63,742 nt of DNA, filler included, from Octopus bimaculoides (GCF_001194135.2; 6 parts of 6 records of this genome joined end to end with filler, not necessarily neighbours in it); one strand, 5' to 3'; positions 28,905 to 43,667 are shown, numbered from the whole stretch's first letter. The notes: generated by a model not told the origin, from the letters alone. A program made the numbers and translations.

Positions 28905-29110
28905 AGGTGGTGGGCTGGCAGAATCGTTAGCATGCCGATCAAAAATGCCTGGCGGCATTTTTTCCGGGTTCGAAATCCGCCGGGTTCGATTTTTGCACTT
29001 CATCTTTCGGGGACGATAAAATAAGTATGAGCTGAGCACTGGAATCGATGTAATTGACTTAGCCCCTTTCCTTAGATTGCTGGCCTTGTGCCAAAATTTT
29101 AAACTAATAT
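28905..29110 (+). mobile_element. tRNA-head SINE family A, near full length. Other copies at ~1064-1195, 1238-1405, 13420-13552, 13628-13848, 19135-19285, 27280-27490, 53250-53335
   Basis: Recurrent GGTGGTGAGCTGGCAGAATCGTTAGC...GTTCAAATTCCGCCGAGGTCGACTTTGCCTTTCATCC...CCTTGTGCCAAAATT. Confidence 0.85.
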
Positions 29111-30359
29111 TAACATCAACATTACTTTACGATCAGTTTGATTAACGGGAAGCATCGAGGATCATTGATCCATCCTTGTTAAGTACACCGTCTTAATATT
29201 TTCAAGGCAATTATTAAGTACATCGTATTACCTTAGTAGAGTAGAAAGTTTGGTTCACATCTGGTGTTCGGACGCTTTTAGATGAAGTTCAAATAGATAC
29301 AATATATTACAATATCTCCCGACCATTGAAACTTGAATCCCACGGTCGATGTTACATTATACCCCTACGTAAGTTTTATAGCTTGCATTATACGGAAACG
29401 TAGAGTCTTATTTTTTTATTATTTCCATAGCATTCGCAAACCTCTTGGCTAACTCGTCCGAGTATCCTTTGAATGATATTCATCTGTTTTATACCCAACG
29501 GTTTTTCTACAAGGCAACGCAACAACTTATAGGCTCCCCATTCGTCAGTTTTAATATGATATTAGGATATATACACAAGGAAAATATATAGAGTCTATGG
29601 ACTAATATTATTGGGACGTTGGCTTTGACTGCATCAATATCAATTCCAATTTGCAATTAATGATGAGAATATTCTTGCTTTTTCTTCAATTTAATAATTA
29701 GCATTTCTTAGTTGACATCGCGATATTATTCTATATTTTCATTTATATTATGCTATCTAATTTGGGGACCTTTTAGCTTGTCCATATTGATCTCGTTTCA
29801 AATTGTTATGATATAATTAAATAAAGATCTATCTTTAATTAGATCGAAATATAATTAGCTGAAACACCAAAGCAAATAATGCATCAGTACAATGAGAACA
29901 AGTATATAGCTAAACCGATAGAGATATATTACAGACATTCTATAATTATTTTCAAAAGGTCTACCTTTCATCAGCATACCTGTGCAATTATAAAAGGTGT
30001 CGGTCAAGTGACCGACAGGTCAACGTTTTCCATTCACATTGTAGAATGTTTCTGACAATGACTTCACACTCCCGAAGATACAATCATCCTAACTGCAAAT
30101 ATATGACAAAATAACTGGTTTGATTGCTTGGTATACCTTTTTTTTTGTTTTGGTATTTTTACAGCAAATCTACACATGATCGGATGAAACTCTGCTACGC
30201 TAAGTTTCTCTGTTGCTCTGTGGTAAGAACTTGCTTTCCAACGACATAGCCCGTGTTCAGTCCCATGGCATAGCACCTTGGGTTCGATTCTATTACTATA
30301 ACAGCAGACCGACCAAAACTTTGTAAGTAGATTTGGTAGATGGAGGCTGAAAGAAACCA

Positions 30360-30404
<45 letters not shown>

Positions 30405-31414
30405 NNNNNNNNNNNNNNNNNNNNNNNNNNNNNNNNNNNNNNNNNNNNNNNNNNNNNNNNNNNNNNNNNNNNNNNNNNNNNNNNNNNNNNNNNNNNNNNN
30501 NNNNNNNNNNNNNNNNNNNNNNNNNNNNNNNNNNNNNNNNNNNNNNNNNNNNNNNNNNNNNNNNNNNNNNNNNNNNNNNNNNNNNNNNNNNNNNNNNNNN
30601 NNNNNNNNNNNNNNNNNNNNNNNNNNNNNNNNNNNNNNNNNNNNNNNNNNNNNNNNNNNNNNNNNNNNNNNNNNNNNNNNNNNNNNNNNNNNNNNNNNNN
30701 NNNNNNNNNNNNNNNNNNNNNNNNNNNNNNNNNNNNNNNNNNNNNNNNNNNNNNNNNNNNNNNNNNNNNNNNNNNNNNNNNNNNNNNNNNNNNNNNNNNN
30801 NNNNNNNNNNNNNNNNNNNNNNNNNNNNNNNNNNNNNNNNNNNNNNNNNNNNNNNNNNNNNNNNNNNNNNNNNNNNNNNNNNNNNNNNNNNNNNNNNNNN
30901 NNNNNNNNNNNNNNNNNNNNNNNNNNNNNNNNNNNNNNNNNNNNNNNNNNNNNNNNNNNNNNNNNNNNNNNNNNNNNNNNNNNNNNNNNNNNNNNNNNNN
31001 NNNNNNNNNNNNNNNNNNNNNNNNNNNNNNNNNNNNNNNNNNNNNNNNNNNNNNNNNNNNNNNNNNACCACATGGTCCCGGTTTCAGTCCCACTGCGTGG
31101 CATCTTGGGCAAGTGTCTTCTACTATAGCCTCGGGCCGACCAAAGCCTAGTGCGTGGATTTGGAAGACGGAAACTGAAAGAAGCTCGTCGTATATATGTA
31201 TATATATATGTATGTGTGTATGTGTTTGTGTGTCTGTGTTTGTGCCCCCAACATCGCTTGACAACCGATGCTAGTGTGTTTACGTCAGCGTCACCTAGCG
31301 GTTCGGCAAAAGAGACCGATAGAATAAGTACTAGGCTTACAAAGAATAAGTCCTGGGGTCGATTTCCTCGACTAAAGTCGGTGCTCCAGCATGGCCATAG
31401 TCAAAACTATAGAC

Positions 31415-31487
<73 letters not shown>

Positions 31488-31506
31488 CATTATTACAATT
31501 AAGTAA

Positions 31507-32105
31507 ATATACTTAATGTATACGCTTTGTGTATTTACCGGTGGCTGCAATAGCGTGGTGGAGTATATATACTCACAAACCGTTGGGTATAAAATACCTC
31601 AGAATCATGGCCAGGCGAGATAACACACCTTTAATCTCTGTTTTACACCCAGCCGTTTGAGTGTATATTCACTCCACCACGCTATTGTAGGCACCTGAAA
31701 ATACACTAAGCATACACATTAAATATGTAGTGAATAATATGTATTATACTAAAGCTGTTTATTTCATATATACATTTTCTTTTAGGTATGGGATTTCCAG
31801 GCAAACCAGCTCATGAATTTACAAGCCATGAGCATATAAGACGTGGACCGGCTGATTGACTTGCTTTTAACTGGCGAAAAACCCGATGACTTGCCTTCAA
31901 ATAGCGAAACCCCTGGTGTCCATCACTCCCAAATGGGATTCAGGGTTTGATATGTCGCCTGACCATCAATCTGAGGTGTTTCACACCCAGCGGTTTGAGA
32001 GTATATATACTCTGCCACGCTGTTGCAGCCACCAGAAAATATACAAAACATGCACATTAAGTATATGTGGTTAATAATATTTATTATACTAAAGCAGCTA
32101 TTATT
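31507..32105. repeat. Foldback structure: one ~100-115-bp unit forward and two copies in reverse
   Basis: 31507-31622 is the reverse complement of 31636-31725 and of 31962-32065. The two reverse copies share an extra ~40-nt tail. Confidence 0.85.
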
Positions 32106-32149
32106 TCACACACACACACACACACACATACACACACACACACACACAC

Positions 32150-32206
<57 letters not shown>

Positions 32207-32310
32207 NNNNNNNNNNNNNNNNNNNNNNNNNNNNNNNNNNNNNNNNNNNNNNNNNNNNNNNNNNNNNNNNNNNNNNNNNNNNNNNNNNNNNNNNNNNNNN
32301 NNNNNNNNNN

Positions 32311-32352
<42 letters not shown>

Positions 32353-33066
32353 GAGAGAGAGAGAGAGAGAGAGACTTTTGTGACCTTGCGTTTGTCTCAT
32401 CCACCATTTGATACCGGTGTTAGTATATTTATATCCCCTTGACATAGCAGTTCGTCATAACAGTGCGATAGGAAAAGTACGAGGTTTTAATACACCAAGT
32501 ACTGGGTCCGATTAATGCGATGTAAGCCCTTCAAGGCAGTGCCCCAGCGTGACCGCAGCCCAATGAGTGAGACAAGAAAGCGATAAAAGATAAAATAGTT
32601 AATCAGAGCTTAAGTTCAGTAGCAATCACTCTATAGAATATTGGATGTTCTATACCGATAATCATTGGAAACTTATTCGATTGAATAATTGAAATTTTTC
32701 TATAACGCTAAATATCTTGTTCAATTTTCTTCTCATATTCTTGCTTTCATCTCATCGACTTTAATCTGCCACAGGAAGTAAATATATATGCTATGTTATT
32801 TATTAATTCAGTCCGAATCTTTAGATTTATGGTTGGGATAGCATATAATTCATATATGCCGGTCTCTATTAAAACAGTGTTACATGAGATTTTAAGTTGT
32901 ACTTATTTAGGTATATGCTTTCCAGATTTCACTTCCAACCAACCAAGCTGCATATATTCTTATACAATTTGAAAAGAAGCCAACAGTAGTAGGCTTTTTT
33001 TCTTTTAAATTTCATAAATGATAAATGTAACAGCAAAGTGCGGAAACTCATCTAATTGTTGCTTAC

Positions 33067-33113
33067 CATCGTAGTCAGTGGCATTAAATGTCAGCTTATC
33101 GCAAGTAACTTTC
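33067..33113 (-). CDS. Orphan 47-nt candidate exon, xKVTCDKLTFNATDYDx
   Basis: cacttctattttctag|G...GATG|gtaagc. One open frame, phase 2-1. Could be chance. Confidence 0.25.
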
Positions 33114-35394
33114 CTAGAAAATAGAAGTGTTTGCTTTCCATACCTGCTTTGTGAACTAATGCGCAAATAATTGTTTTACAGAGACACACTGACATTTCTA
33201 GCAACGGATAAGAATTTCTGGTTTACAAGTTAAGTAAAAAGAAATCCTCTTCAACTTGTAGTTTAGCTCCTGATTAGTCAGACTTAGAAATATTATGATC
33301 AATGACAAATTAGAGGCGACTGTTTTATCTTGTTTTTATATTGTTTAAGGAAAACCATATTATCTACTGTAGGCGCAAGGCTCAATGGTTAGAGTGTCAT
33401 GCTCACAGTCGAGTGGTAGTGAGCCCGATTCCCGGACCGGGCAGTGTGTTGCTTTCTGTCTTGAGCAAGATATTTTATTTAATGTCACTCAGCTGTAGAA
33501 ATGAGTTGAGTTGCGACGTTACTGGTGCCAAGCTCTTTCGGGCTTTGTCTTTCCTATGGATAAGATCCGTGGCATGGAGAAGGGAGGCTGGTATGCATGG
33601 GGCGACTGCTGATCTTCCATAAACAACTATACCCGGACTTGTGCTTCGGAGGGAAACTTTCTGGGTGCATCGCATGATCATTCATGGCCGAAAGGGTTTT
33701 TACCCTTTTTATATTATCCTGTTTTAAGAATAAATGGAAGTGGGCGCAGGTCGATATGATGTATATCTGACAGCGATTTCAAGCAAGATGAGCGAAGACA
33801 CAGAGGGTTAACATTATTTAGACTTCTCTTATACATTTATTGTTTTGTTATCTTTTTAAAACTATTTATAATTTATATTTTAATAAGTAGGGTTATCCCT
33901 TTAATTGATGAAAATCTATTGGAACTGCAAAAACTAATCAGAAATCGTGTAATATTAAAAAAATGTTCTGGCCTTGAAACCTGTTATATAGGAACTAAAT
34001 TGGATGTATCAAATTTAGGTTAACATCTCCGTTTCCAAAATGACATAAACACATCTTTAATCAAAGCAAAGATGATCGGCGTATAATTGTCTCTGAGGAA
34101 ATTATTTCCGGATTATTGATTTTCAAATACATCGACAAACATTCCTTCTATAAATATTCATTAATTCTCTGTGGGGAATATATATTTAGGTTTGCTCTCA
34201 AGTAATTTTAGTTTTCAAACATCTAGAGTAGGCGTGTTGTCCTGAAAACGAAAGCTTCTTGATTCCTTTTTCAGCGGATCACATTTAACCTCGATGTACT
34301 CAACAATTCAGAATCTATACACAAATAATATACAATTTCTTTTGCTTACTACCACTTTATGTGTATATATCTGTAAGTGGATATATGTGAATATATCTGT
34401 CAGTATGTGGTATAGCTGTTTGGCTAAGAAGCTCACTTTTCAGCTTCAGTCACACTGCACGCCAACTTCGGTACTATAGCATTGGGCCACATTCTTAAGC
34501 CTACAAACGATATTAGCACTAGATATCTTGTTTCGACTTATCACTTTATCATGTTAATAGGGTGAACAGGGTCTGTGATTTGTTCTAAAAGCCTTATTGG
34601 ACCTACGAATTTTGCACAGGTATTGCTTTGTCAATGATGGTCATACACGTTGACATGTTGCCAACCGTTATTTATCTTGTGTAAATGCATATGCGTTTGT
34701 GTAATATTTCGGTGTTGTTGCGTTTGTTGTATTTGTTCCAAGTCAGCTTTCATTGAGTAGACTTATGATCAAAGGCATTCCAGTTTTATCTATCTTACCT
34801 TCATTGCATCATCATGTACGTCTGACTTTTCGATGGAGATGAATTGAATATGAAGAAGATTTGGCTGCTATTTCTGTGAGATTGAACGACCACTCACAAA
34901 TTACCTCTTTATAGTGAATTTCATGGGATAAATAAGACAAGTGCTCGACGACGAAAACTCGACATCATTCATTTTATATCTTCTGTGTAACTTCTCAAAT
35001 TTACCCCAACAAATAACTACAAATTATTTCCGAATAATGCCTCATTCATTATTGATTCTTTATTTATAGTATGTAATGTAATGTAATTCGTATCTGGTAT
35101 TAAATTAAAGACAAAAAACTGGAATGACATTGATGAAATTTGATTCGCTCCTTTAAATATTTCTGTAAGATGTTCTTTAAAATTATGATCGACTGCAACG
35201 ATTGAAACAATAGCGGCTTTATAAGTATTTGCATCGACATTACTTAAGTAAAGTGAGGGCAGCGAGATTCCTGATGTGTGCAGTTGCGCTGATGGCTATT
35301 CATGCGTTTGGATCTTTGAATTTGTAGTCATAAATGAAAAGGAGATACTGGAAGTACACAACACACATGCGCATGCACACACACACACACACAC

Positions 35395-35436
<42 letters not shown>

Positions 35437-38400
35437 NNNNNNNNNNNNNNNNNNNNNNNNNNNNNNNNNNNNNNNNNNNNNNNNNNNNNNNNNNNNNNNN
35501 NNNNNNNNNNNNNNNNNNNNNNNNNNNNNNNNNNNNNNNNNNNNNNNNNNNNNNNNNNNNNNNNNNNNNNNNNNNNNNNNNNNNNNNNNNNNNNNNNNNN
35601 NNNNNNNNNNNNNNNNNNNNNNNNNNNNNNNNNNNNNNNNNNNNNNNNNNNNNNNNNNNNNNNNNNNNNNNNNNNNNNNNNNNNNNNNNNNNATATATAT
35701 ATATATATATATATATACGTATATGGGTGTGTGTGTCTGCCTATCTAATTGTCTGTCTGTAAATACATGTGTATTTATATATGTTTTACATCAGAATCAG
35801 TCTCTATTATGGTTCTTTGTTCTTGCACTGATTTTGTTAGTAGTCCAATAACAATTTACCTTAAGCATTTACGTGTTCAATGAAATGTTACAGAGGAGTG
35901 TACATACGAATTAATGCTGTCGTCATGTAACAATGCTACAGTATAAGACAAATAATTGAAGTTTTCAACTAGCTCTTATAAATCGCAAGCAAGTACATCT
36001 ATTAATGACAAATTAGAACTGGAATTTCTTTTGCTCTCTTCTTTAATACATTCTATGTTAGTCTTATAGTTTTTTTCTATTTGATGACACCTTTATTCAG
36101 AAACCCGAAAGACGCACTCAATTTCAGTTTCTTTGTTTATGATCTCTATTTATTGACTTAGAGTCAAGTAATATTACGCTTTTGATCTTGAGGCGAAAAT
36201 CCGTATTTGTAATATAATGTAATGTTGTTAATTATCATACAGTCTATAAAATTATATTTATTGATGTAATTCAGGTCGTATTAATTTATCTTTAGTTAAT
36301 AGGAATCATTTGTCGTCTATTTCGTCATTATAACTTCGCTAACAAAATTGTATATTATACTTGCGATAGAGAAGTTATAATCTAAGTCTCTAAGCTTATC
36401 ATAGAGTAAGTTTCACTTCTTTTCGAAATATAACTCACCCAATATTCTGAATAATATCAGTAGTAGATAACTTTCAAAAATATTACAACGATTTTGGAAG
36501 ATATAAAATTGGTGTGTCACTCTTATTTGGTGACAAATATGAATATTTGTTAAAGTAAAGGATATTTCTATCCAGTTACATGAGTTAATCATTATAAAAG
36601 CGAGTTGTATAAATAAACGAAGCGATTTCTTTATATAATTTAGTTACTTATTTTGGCGTTATCTTATTCAGGACGTAAATGGTTGATCTATATATAGAAA
36701 ATTTAGTCCCACACTGTATCGGTTCTATAATACTTATATGTCTGTTGTTAAGATATATTTCTTCTTTTCTATATGAGACGCTCTTGAGACGAACTGGTAG
36801 AATCGTTAGAATATCGGAAAAATTGCTTAGCGACATGTCCTCCGACTCTAGGTCCTAAGTTCAAATCGCCCCCGAAGTTCGATTTGAACTCAGAATGAAA
36901 CATAATCAAGTACTAGTAAAATAAAATACCAGTAAAGTACTGAGATCGATGTCAAAGACTTGTTCCTTCCACTCGAACTTGCTGGCTCGGAACTCTGCAA
37001 CAGACCGGCGTCGCGATCGGTGGTAGGATGTTGTAATCTTGATCACTTATACGCTGTGGAAACCGTGTAACGGACCTTACGAGACTTCGGGCTAAAGACA
37101 ATAAATCAAAAAACCAATCACACGCGGGTTGTAAAATAACTAAGCTCTCATTAGAGCTTAATTAAAATATACGTATAGATACTATGTTTGTACTGTTTAA
37201 ACAAAAGATATCCCAGAGCCTAAATCTTATTTTGATTTTGTCTTTTAGCAGTCCCATCTACTTTCTCTTAATTTTGAATTTTAAAAAAAAACATTTCAAG
37301 TTGCGGTGTTACGTGATATCTATTAGCAATCAGCGCTAGATATCTCTCCGCAGATGAATGGTACAAAATGCTTAGATTTTAAATACACATATCTATACAG
37401 TATCTATCATACTGAATTAACTAGTATTTTGAAACTGAAAATTAATATCAATTGTAAGGTTTAATTACAATTATAAAGAGAAACAGGACTTATTACTTGT
37501 AAGCATGCTCCTAATCTGTTCAAATACATCACACAATGCCTGATTTCTTAGCTGACAAGCTTCAGTTATATCATTTTTCATTATTATTTTTTTTTTGCGG
37601 GGGGGGGGGCAAATGAGTACAGGAAAATTGACATTAAAAATTTCAATTTAAAGAATTTTTTTTAATGTTAGCTAATTTTACGAAAGAGCGGTTTTCTTTC
37701 AAAACTTCCCACTTCTTCGAACAAGATTTAATGAATAATCAAGTTTTAATTAATATGTTTATTGGTTACTATTTAATAGAAAAATAATTCGAAACAAACT
37801 TTTGAAATTTGAAGTTTTCATTTACTTCATTTAAGCTTCTCGAAAGTTATATAAAACCAAATGTCTACACAGTGATATACTAGAATTGATAGATCGTTGG
37901 AAGAAAATCCCTTTACTTTCTGAGTTCAAATCACAGGAGATCAAGTTTGAGTGGCATTGTTCCAGAAGTTGATATGTACCAATCAACTAACTACTGGGAT
38001 GGATTTATTTGATACTTACCCTGTCTGACATTTATGCCATTGTACTTATGTTCTCTAAACTGTGAGTTTTATGAAATAACAATAATGATTTCTTCGTTAT
38101 ATACAAAGAAAGTAGTTCTCAGGGGAGTGTGTTAATTAGCACTCTCCTTCTTAGAACTTCACAGGTATTTTATTTTATCGACTCCGAAAGGATAAAAGGC
38201 ATTGTAGGCGGAATATGAGTTCAGTACATAAATAATAAGAAAATATAGTGCATGATATTTTTTCTAGCAATCCAGCGATTCTTTAATCCACAGATTCAAC
38301 TTGAATAAAAATAATAAATATATTGTAGGTATTGTTTTATTTTATTGTTAATGGAAATCGTCACAATCCATCGGGTAATAGCCGTTTTAAATACTTCTTC

Positions 38401-38784
38401 AAGTATTGAGAGAGTTGGATCCCCTTGGTATCAGACAAACAGCTCACGCTATAAAAATATGTATTACTTTTATACTTCAGTCGCTGTTTATTTTACTGTA
38501 TTTATTTACAATGCTTTTAATGATAGTTAATTCATTAACATCATACTTAATATAGAGACCATCAACTGAAGAAAAAACCAAAGTACCAACTAAACGAAAG
38601 ACTCCAAATATGTAAAACTACGTTATCCCATGAAAAATGGCCCCTTTTAATTTGGTACCTGTAATTAACAGCTTATTTAACACAACATTTCCTGACCAAT
38701 GACTACATCGATACGAATCCGGAAGCGACGGCATAGTAAGATCAGGTGGTCTCAGTCTTGCCACCCACTATGTCCGCGACTTAC

Positions 38785-38832
38785 TGGTGGTGCTGGGCTG
38801 CCAGACGGCCTCCCTCATCGGCACCTCATCCG
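38785..38832 (-). CDS. Orphan 48-nt candidate exon, xDEVPMREAVWQPSTTx
   Basis: cacatttattgcag|CGGATGAG...CACCA|gtaagt. Only one open frame, symmetric phase 1-1, GC-rich against an AT-rich background. No family recognised. Confidence 0.4.
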
Positions 38833-40489
38833 CTGCAATAAATGTGTTTTAGATAAAAGTGGAGAATACATGATGCTAAGAATCTATGCAGATGCAATTT
38901 CCTAGTCACTGTAGTTTATGAATAGTGCTATTGGCATGGCGCACTCTTTTCTGTACAAGATTGAATTTGTTCATGCTTAAGTTGTCGATATGTCTGAGAT
39001 TGAAATAAGAAGGTAGAAATTCGCGCATGCTATGCCATGCCATTTACATTAGATCCTCTCGTATTTATGACCTACTAAAGTTTGTTCGCAAAAATGCACC
39101 GCATACTTGACTTCTGCAGTAAGGAAAATACATTTTCTCAATGACAAATAATTATAGTCATTTCGGCAATCACGGGATAATTTTTACGCTTATGAACCTC
39201 CACAGCGGAACAGAGACACTTCTCTTATCGAAGAGATTAGAGTATTACTAATTACGTCTAAAACATTTTATAGTATTTATAGGTGTCATGAAACAGCATA
39301 TATAAAAAGAAAAATTATTGTGTTCAGTCACAGTGGCGTGGGCAGTATCATTTGTGCATTCAATGTCTTTGTCATGTATACAACCAGTATTATTAGCAAG
39401 ACACGATTCCCGATTCATGGGTGGTTGTCACGCACCTTATTAATTCATCAACACGTGTTGTCATTTGATTGTAAGACATTGTAAACTTTTAGGTAGATTT
39501 GTTTCAAAATTTCTTCCGCTTTATGTAATTCCCGACGCTGTTTCTTTCATAGGTTACACTTTGAGAATCGATGTCTATAAGTATTTTGAAGATGTTCTTT
39601 GTCTGCTAATCATGTATATTTAAAATGAATAACATAGATTGAATGTTATATAAGAAGCTTTCTTGGTAAGACGTAACTATTTACTAGTCTTCTCTACATT
39701 GTAATCAGACGTTATTTTTTTATTGAAGAGTTTCTCAGTTGCCAACAATGTGCAATAAAATGGCTTCAATTTGTTTTTTATTTATTCAGTAAATATATTC
39801 TTACAAATAACGGCTATAGGTTTTATTTTTCTCTCTATTAGATTATCAGCAAATTCAGCTTCAATGTTTGCATTTTCATTTTATATCTGACAACGAGGAT
39901 AACTTTGCTTTTATTTGTATATGAAGCGAATAACTCATGTGAGAGATTGTAAAATATGACGTGAAAAATTATACACACCCCATTTTAAAAACATGGCCGT
40001 CTACAAATCAAGGGCTTTTATCAGTTGTTTAGTACCAGTGGAAATTAACTTGTTGATAACTAACTAAAGCCGTCTCTTCTTAAGCCAGTTGACTACCGCT
40101 CTTTCAATGAATAAGTGACATGGGCAATATATGCAATTTGAATTGTATTATTTTGTTAATTCTTGACCAGTGTGTTTTGGATTTTCCTCAAATACGGCTT
40201 ACAAAAACTCAATACTGAGAGTAATTGGTCGTTCACATTAAGGGGAATCTGTGAGAGAAACATCATTTTGAACAAAAATGGCCAAAATGTTAACGAAGAT
40301 TTTATAACAGAGAAATATTTTGTGGGACAGTAAATTTTGTCGCATTTCCAACATGATCATTTTGAGGGTAGTTTTGCAATACTTCCCGTAAAAGAACCGT
40401 TCAATTCTACATGCTAATGTCTTGTTTTCGTTCTTTACATATTAGTTTATACCATAGTTGTTAAATTCGTATCTATTTTGTCTTTTAAA

Positions 40490-40960
40490 ATGAGTTTTGA
40501 TCAGATCCATGCCAAATACTACACGCTGCATAAATTCAAAAGAAGCTCTTAAGCAACAGAAAGAAATATTCGTTCTATCCTTGGAGAAGGAACTCTAACT
40601 GCCCAGACATGCCAATGGTTGTTTGACTATTTTCGTTCGGAAAATGTTTCTCTCACTGATTTCCCTTTATGTGGAGGTCCAGTTTTCGTCGATATTGAGC
40701 ATTTTAAAGCCGTAGTCGATGAAAATCCAAAGCGAACTCTTCAATTATAACCAGAATAATTTTGAAAGAATGAAAACCTTTAAGCTAGTGAAATATGAAT
40801 GAATTATTCGCTACTCTCGTTCCTTGAATAGATGAGCTGATGAAGTACATTAAGATAATTTACATGTTTGTTTTCGGAGTCAAGAAAGACTTACGCGGAG
40901 CGCCTGATGCAACTTTTATTGATACTAATTATACAATTTGTAAACGATAATATTTACATT
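40490..40960 (+). mobile_element. Internally deleted mariner transposase remnant
   Basis: LHKFKRSS*ATERNIRSILGEGTLTAQTCQWLFDYFRSENVSLTDFPLCGGP...KAVVDENPK resembles the mariner HTH N-terminus. FSESRKTYAERLMQL resembles the mariner C-terminal FFASK..FYERGIMKL. Confidence 0.65.
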
Positions 40961-42045
40961 CATTCAAGAACATCGTTCTTATTCTGTTCTGGAATTACAT
41001 GGCGTCGAAATATCACGTCTTTTACAGCATATTTTCACAAAAGTTCACATGCTCTTTGACCGATAAACTCACCTCGAAAAAGCAGAACGATCTATTATTG
41101 TAAATATCCCGAATGATATTATTTTGTTTATTTTTTAATAATAACAACTAAAAATTATCATCATCAGTCAGCTGCCAAGAAATAATATTGAATTTAACAA
41201 ATATAAATCTCGCTGAAGCTGAATTGCTTTTGTTTTCAGTCACGAAATATAAAACAGTTTGACCTCAATTGAGAAGTGGATCCAAATATTTGGCAAGGCT
41301 TCAATAAATATTTATCTCACTCTCTTACTCACCGCTAACCAACGCACAACTCCCACAAAAGTGGTTTCATTCAATCACTATAATCCATCATCAATTTCAC
41401 AATTAGTTCTGAGCGTGCTGCAACGAAGTAAACTGAATAAAACGAAATTCATAAATAGATGTTCATTCATTGCATAGATGTATAAATTGTTTTTTTTAAA
41501 ATTATCTTATCGTGCCCCAGTGATTCATGAAATGAGCGTTTACTTCTGAAACTAGAACCTTTTCGGCTGGTGAGACATAAATATACTCTTGTATGGGTTT
41601 GTATAAGGTCAAAGATGCGTCTGAGATACTATATTACAATAACGCTGTCTCTAGTTTGACAGCAAGGCGAATTTAGTCATTTAGAAATAAGCGTTCTTCA
41701 AAGAACTTAACGAGATATCTATAAATGATATGAAGTAATGTATCAAGAGCTAATAGCACACAAACTTCTGATGCATTAAAAATATATTATCATATAGTTA
41801 TCTCGCATATGCCCTGTCTTGTACTAAGTGTTTGTACTATAAAAGCCGATCTGTGTTTGTTTGCGTGAGTGGAGAGATAGGTGTATATACATATATATAC
41901 ATACATAAATACATATACATATACATATATATATATATATATATANNNNNNNNNNNNNNNNNNNNNNNNNNNNNNNNNNNNNNNNNNNNTTAATTAATTA
42001 ANNNNNNNNNNNNNNNNNNNNNNNNNNNNNNNNNNNNNNNNNNNN

Positions 42046-42462
42046 GCTCAGCGGCATTTCGTCCGCCTTTAAGTTCCGAATTCAAATTCCACTGAGGGTC
42101 AACTTTGCCTTTCATTCTTTTGGGGTCACTAAAATAAATACCAATTGAGGACTGGGGTTGAAGTCATCAACTTAGCTCCACTTCTGAAATTGCTGCCCTT
42201 GTGCCAAAATTCGAGACCAATAGTTACAATCGAGAGATAGGTGGCGAACTGGCGGAATCGTTAGCATGCCGGACAAAATGCTTAGCGGTATTTGGTCCGT
42301 CTTTATGTTCTGAATTCAAATTCTGCCGAGGTCGACTTTGCCTTTCATCCTTTTGAGGTCGCTAAAATAAGTACCAGTTGAGCACTGGGGTCGGTCTAAT
42401 CGACTGAAGCCCTCCTCCGAAACTGTTGGCATTGTGCCAAAGTTTGCAACCAATAATTATAA
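42046..42462 (+). mobile_element. Two tandem family-A SINE copies
   Basis: 42046-42220 and 42238-42462 both match the family-A consensus. Confidence 0.8.
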
Positions 42463-43610
42463 TTGAGAGAGATGTGGCTGCTATTTCTAACAGGTCGAGA
42501 GACCGCGTGTAGGGCAACTAACTCCACTAACATCGGTTGTCCAACGATGGTGGCTGGACAAACACAAACTCAAAGACACATGCACATAAATACACATACG
42601 CAAACACACATATGACCGGCTTCTTTCAGTTTCTATCTACCAAATCCACTCACAAAGCTTTAATTGGCCCGAAGCTGTAGTAGGGACTGAACCAGGAACT
42701 ATGTGGTTGGGAAGCATGTATGTATGTATGTATGTATGTATGTATGCATGTAAGTATGTATATATCTTCGTATGTATGTAGATGCATTCGTACATTCTAT
42801 GCATTTATGCATATATGTATATACAGTCATATATACATAAATTCAATACATACATACATACATAAAAATTAGGGTTCTCAAAACCTGAAAGAAAAAGGCT
42901 GATTAGAAGACTACAGATTCAAGCCATCAATGGAACTGTAAAGATATGTAAAACTTTCCAAAAATTTACCACATAAATACATATGCATGCGTCTAAAACG
43001 CATCCATAAAACAAACATGCAAATCTGCGCATACACTAACACCAAATACTGCACACATACACATATGCACAAATACCTAGATGATGTTGATAAAAGTTCC
43101 AATGAAGGAGCCTTGAATCTATGTTAGAGTCCGGCTCTTTCTCTATGGACAAGAAATACAGAAATGAAACTGATTGATAACATACATACATACATACATA
43201 CATCTAAACAGACACATATCAATTTGCATGCCAAATTCTATAACCCAAATGTTTTTCCGCTCTGCTACTTAAAGCCGGTAAGCTAGTCGAAGCTCCATCA
43301 ATTCTCTTGTGACCACGCTTGGCACCGAATGTACTTCTGCTCTGACCGAAAACACGTGACCGAAAAAAGGTGGTGGATTCACTGTCGGTTTCGACGATAA
43401 GCATTCAAATCGTTCGATCATCTGGATTCCTGCATGCATAATTACTGTAAAAATCGGTGAGTAGTCCAGTGCATAGGCGTGTAATACTGAATGTAATTTT
43501 GAGGCAGAATCGGCGTGGTATTACGAGACAAAGCTGGATCATTGGTTTACAGATGCAGTCCAAAGAGAGATAGCGATAGATAGAGGTAGAGAGAGAAAGA
43601 GAAGAGAGTT

Positions 43611-43667
<57 letters not shown>

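Noticed and set aside
30064-31264. Long ORFs of 250-335 aa (also at 7351-7936, 21493-22349, 58783-59580)
   Set aside because: Made mostly of X from N gaps.
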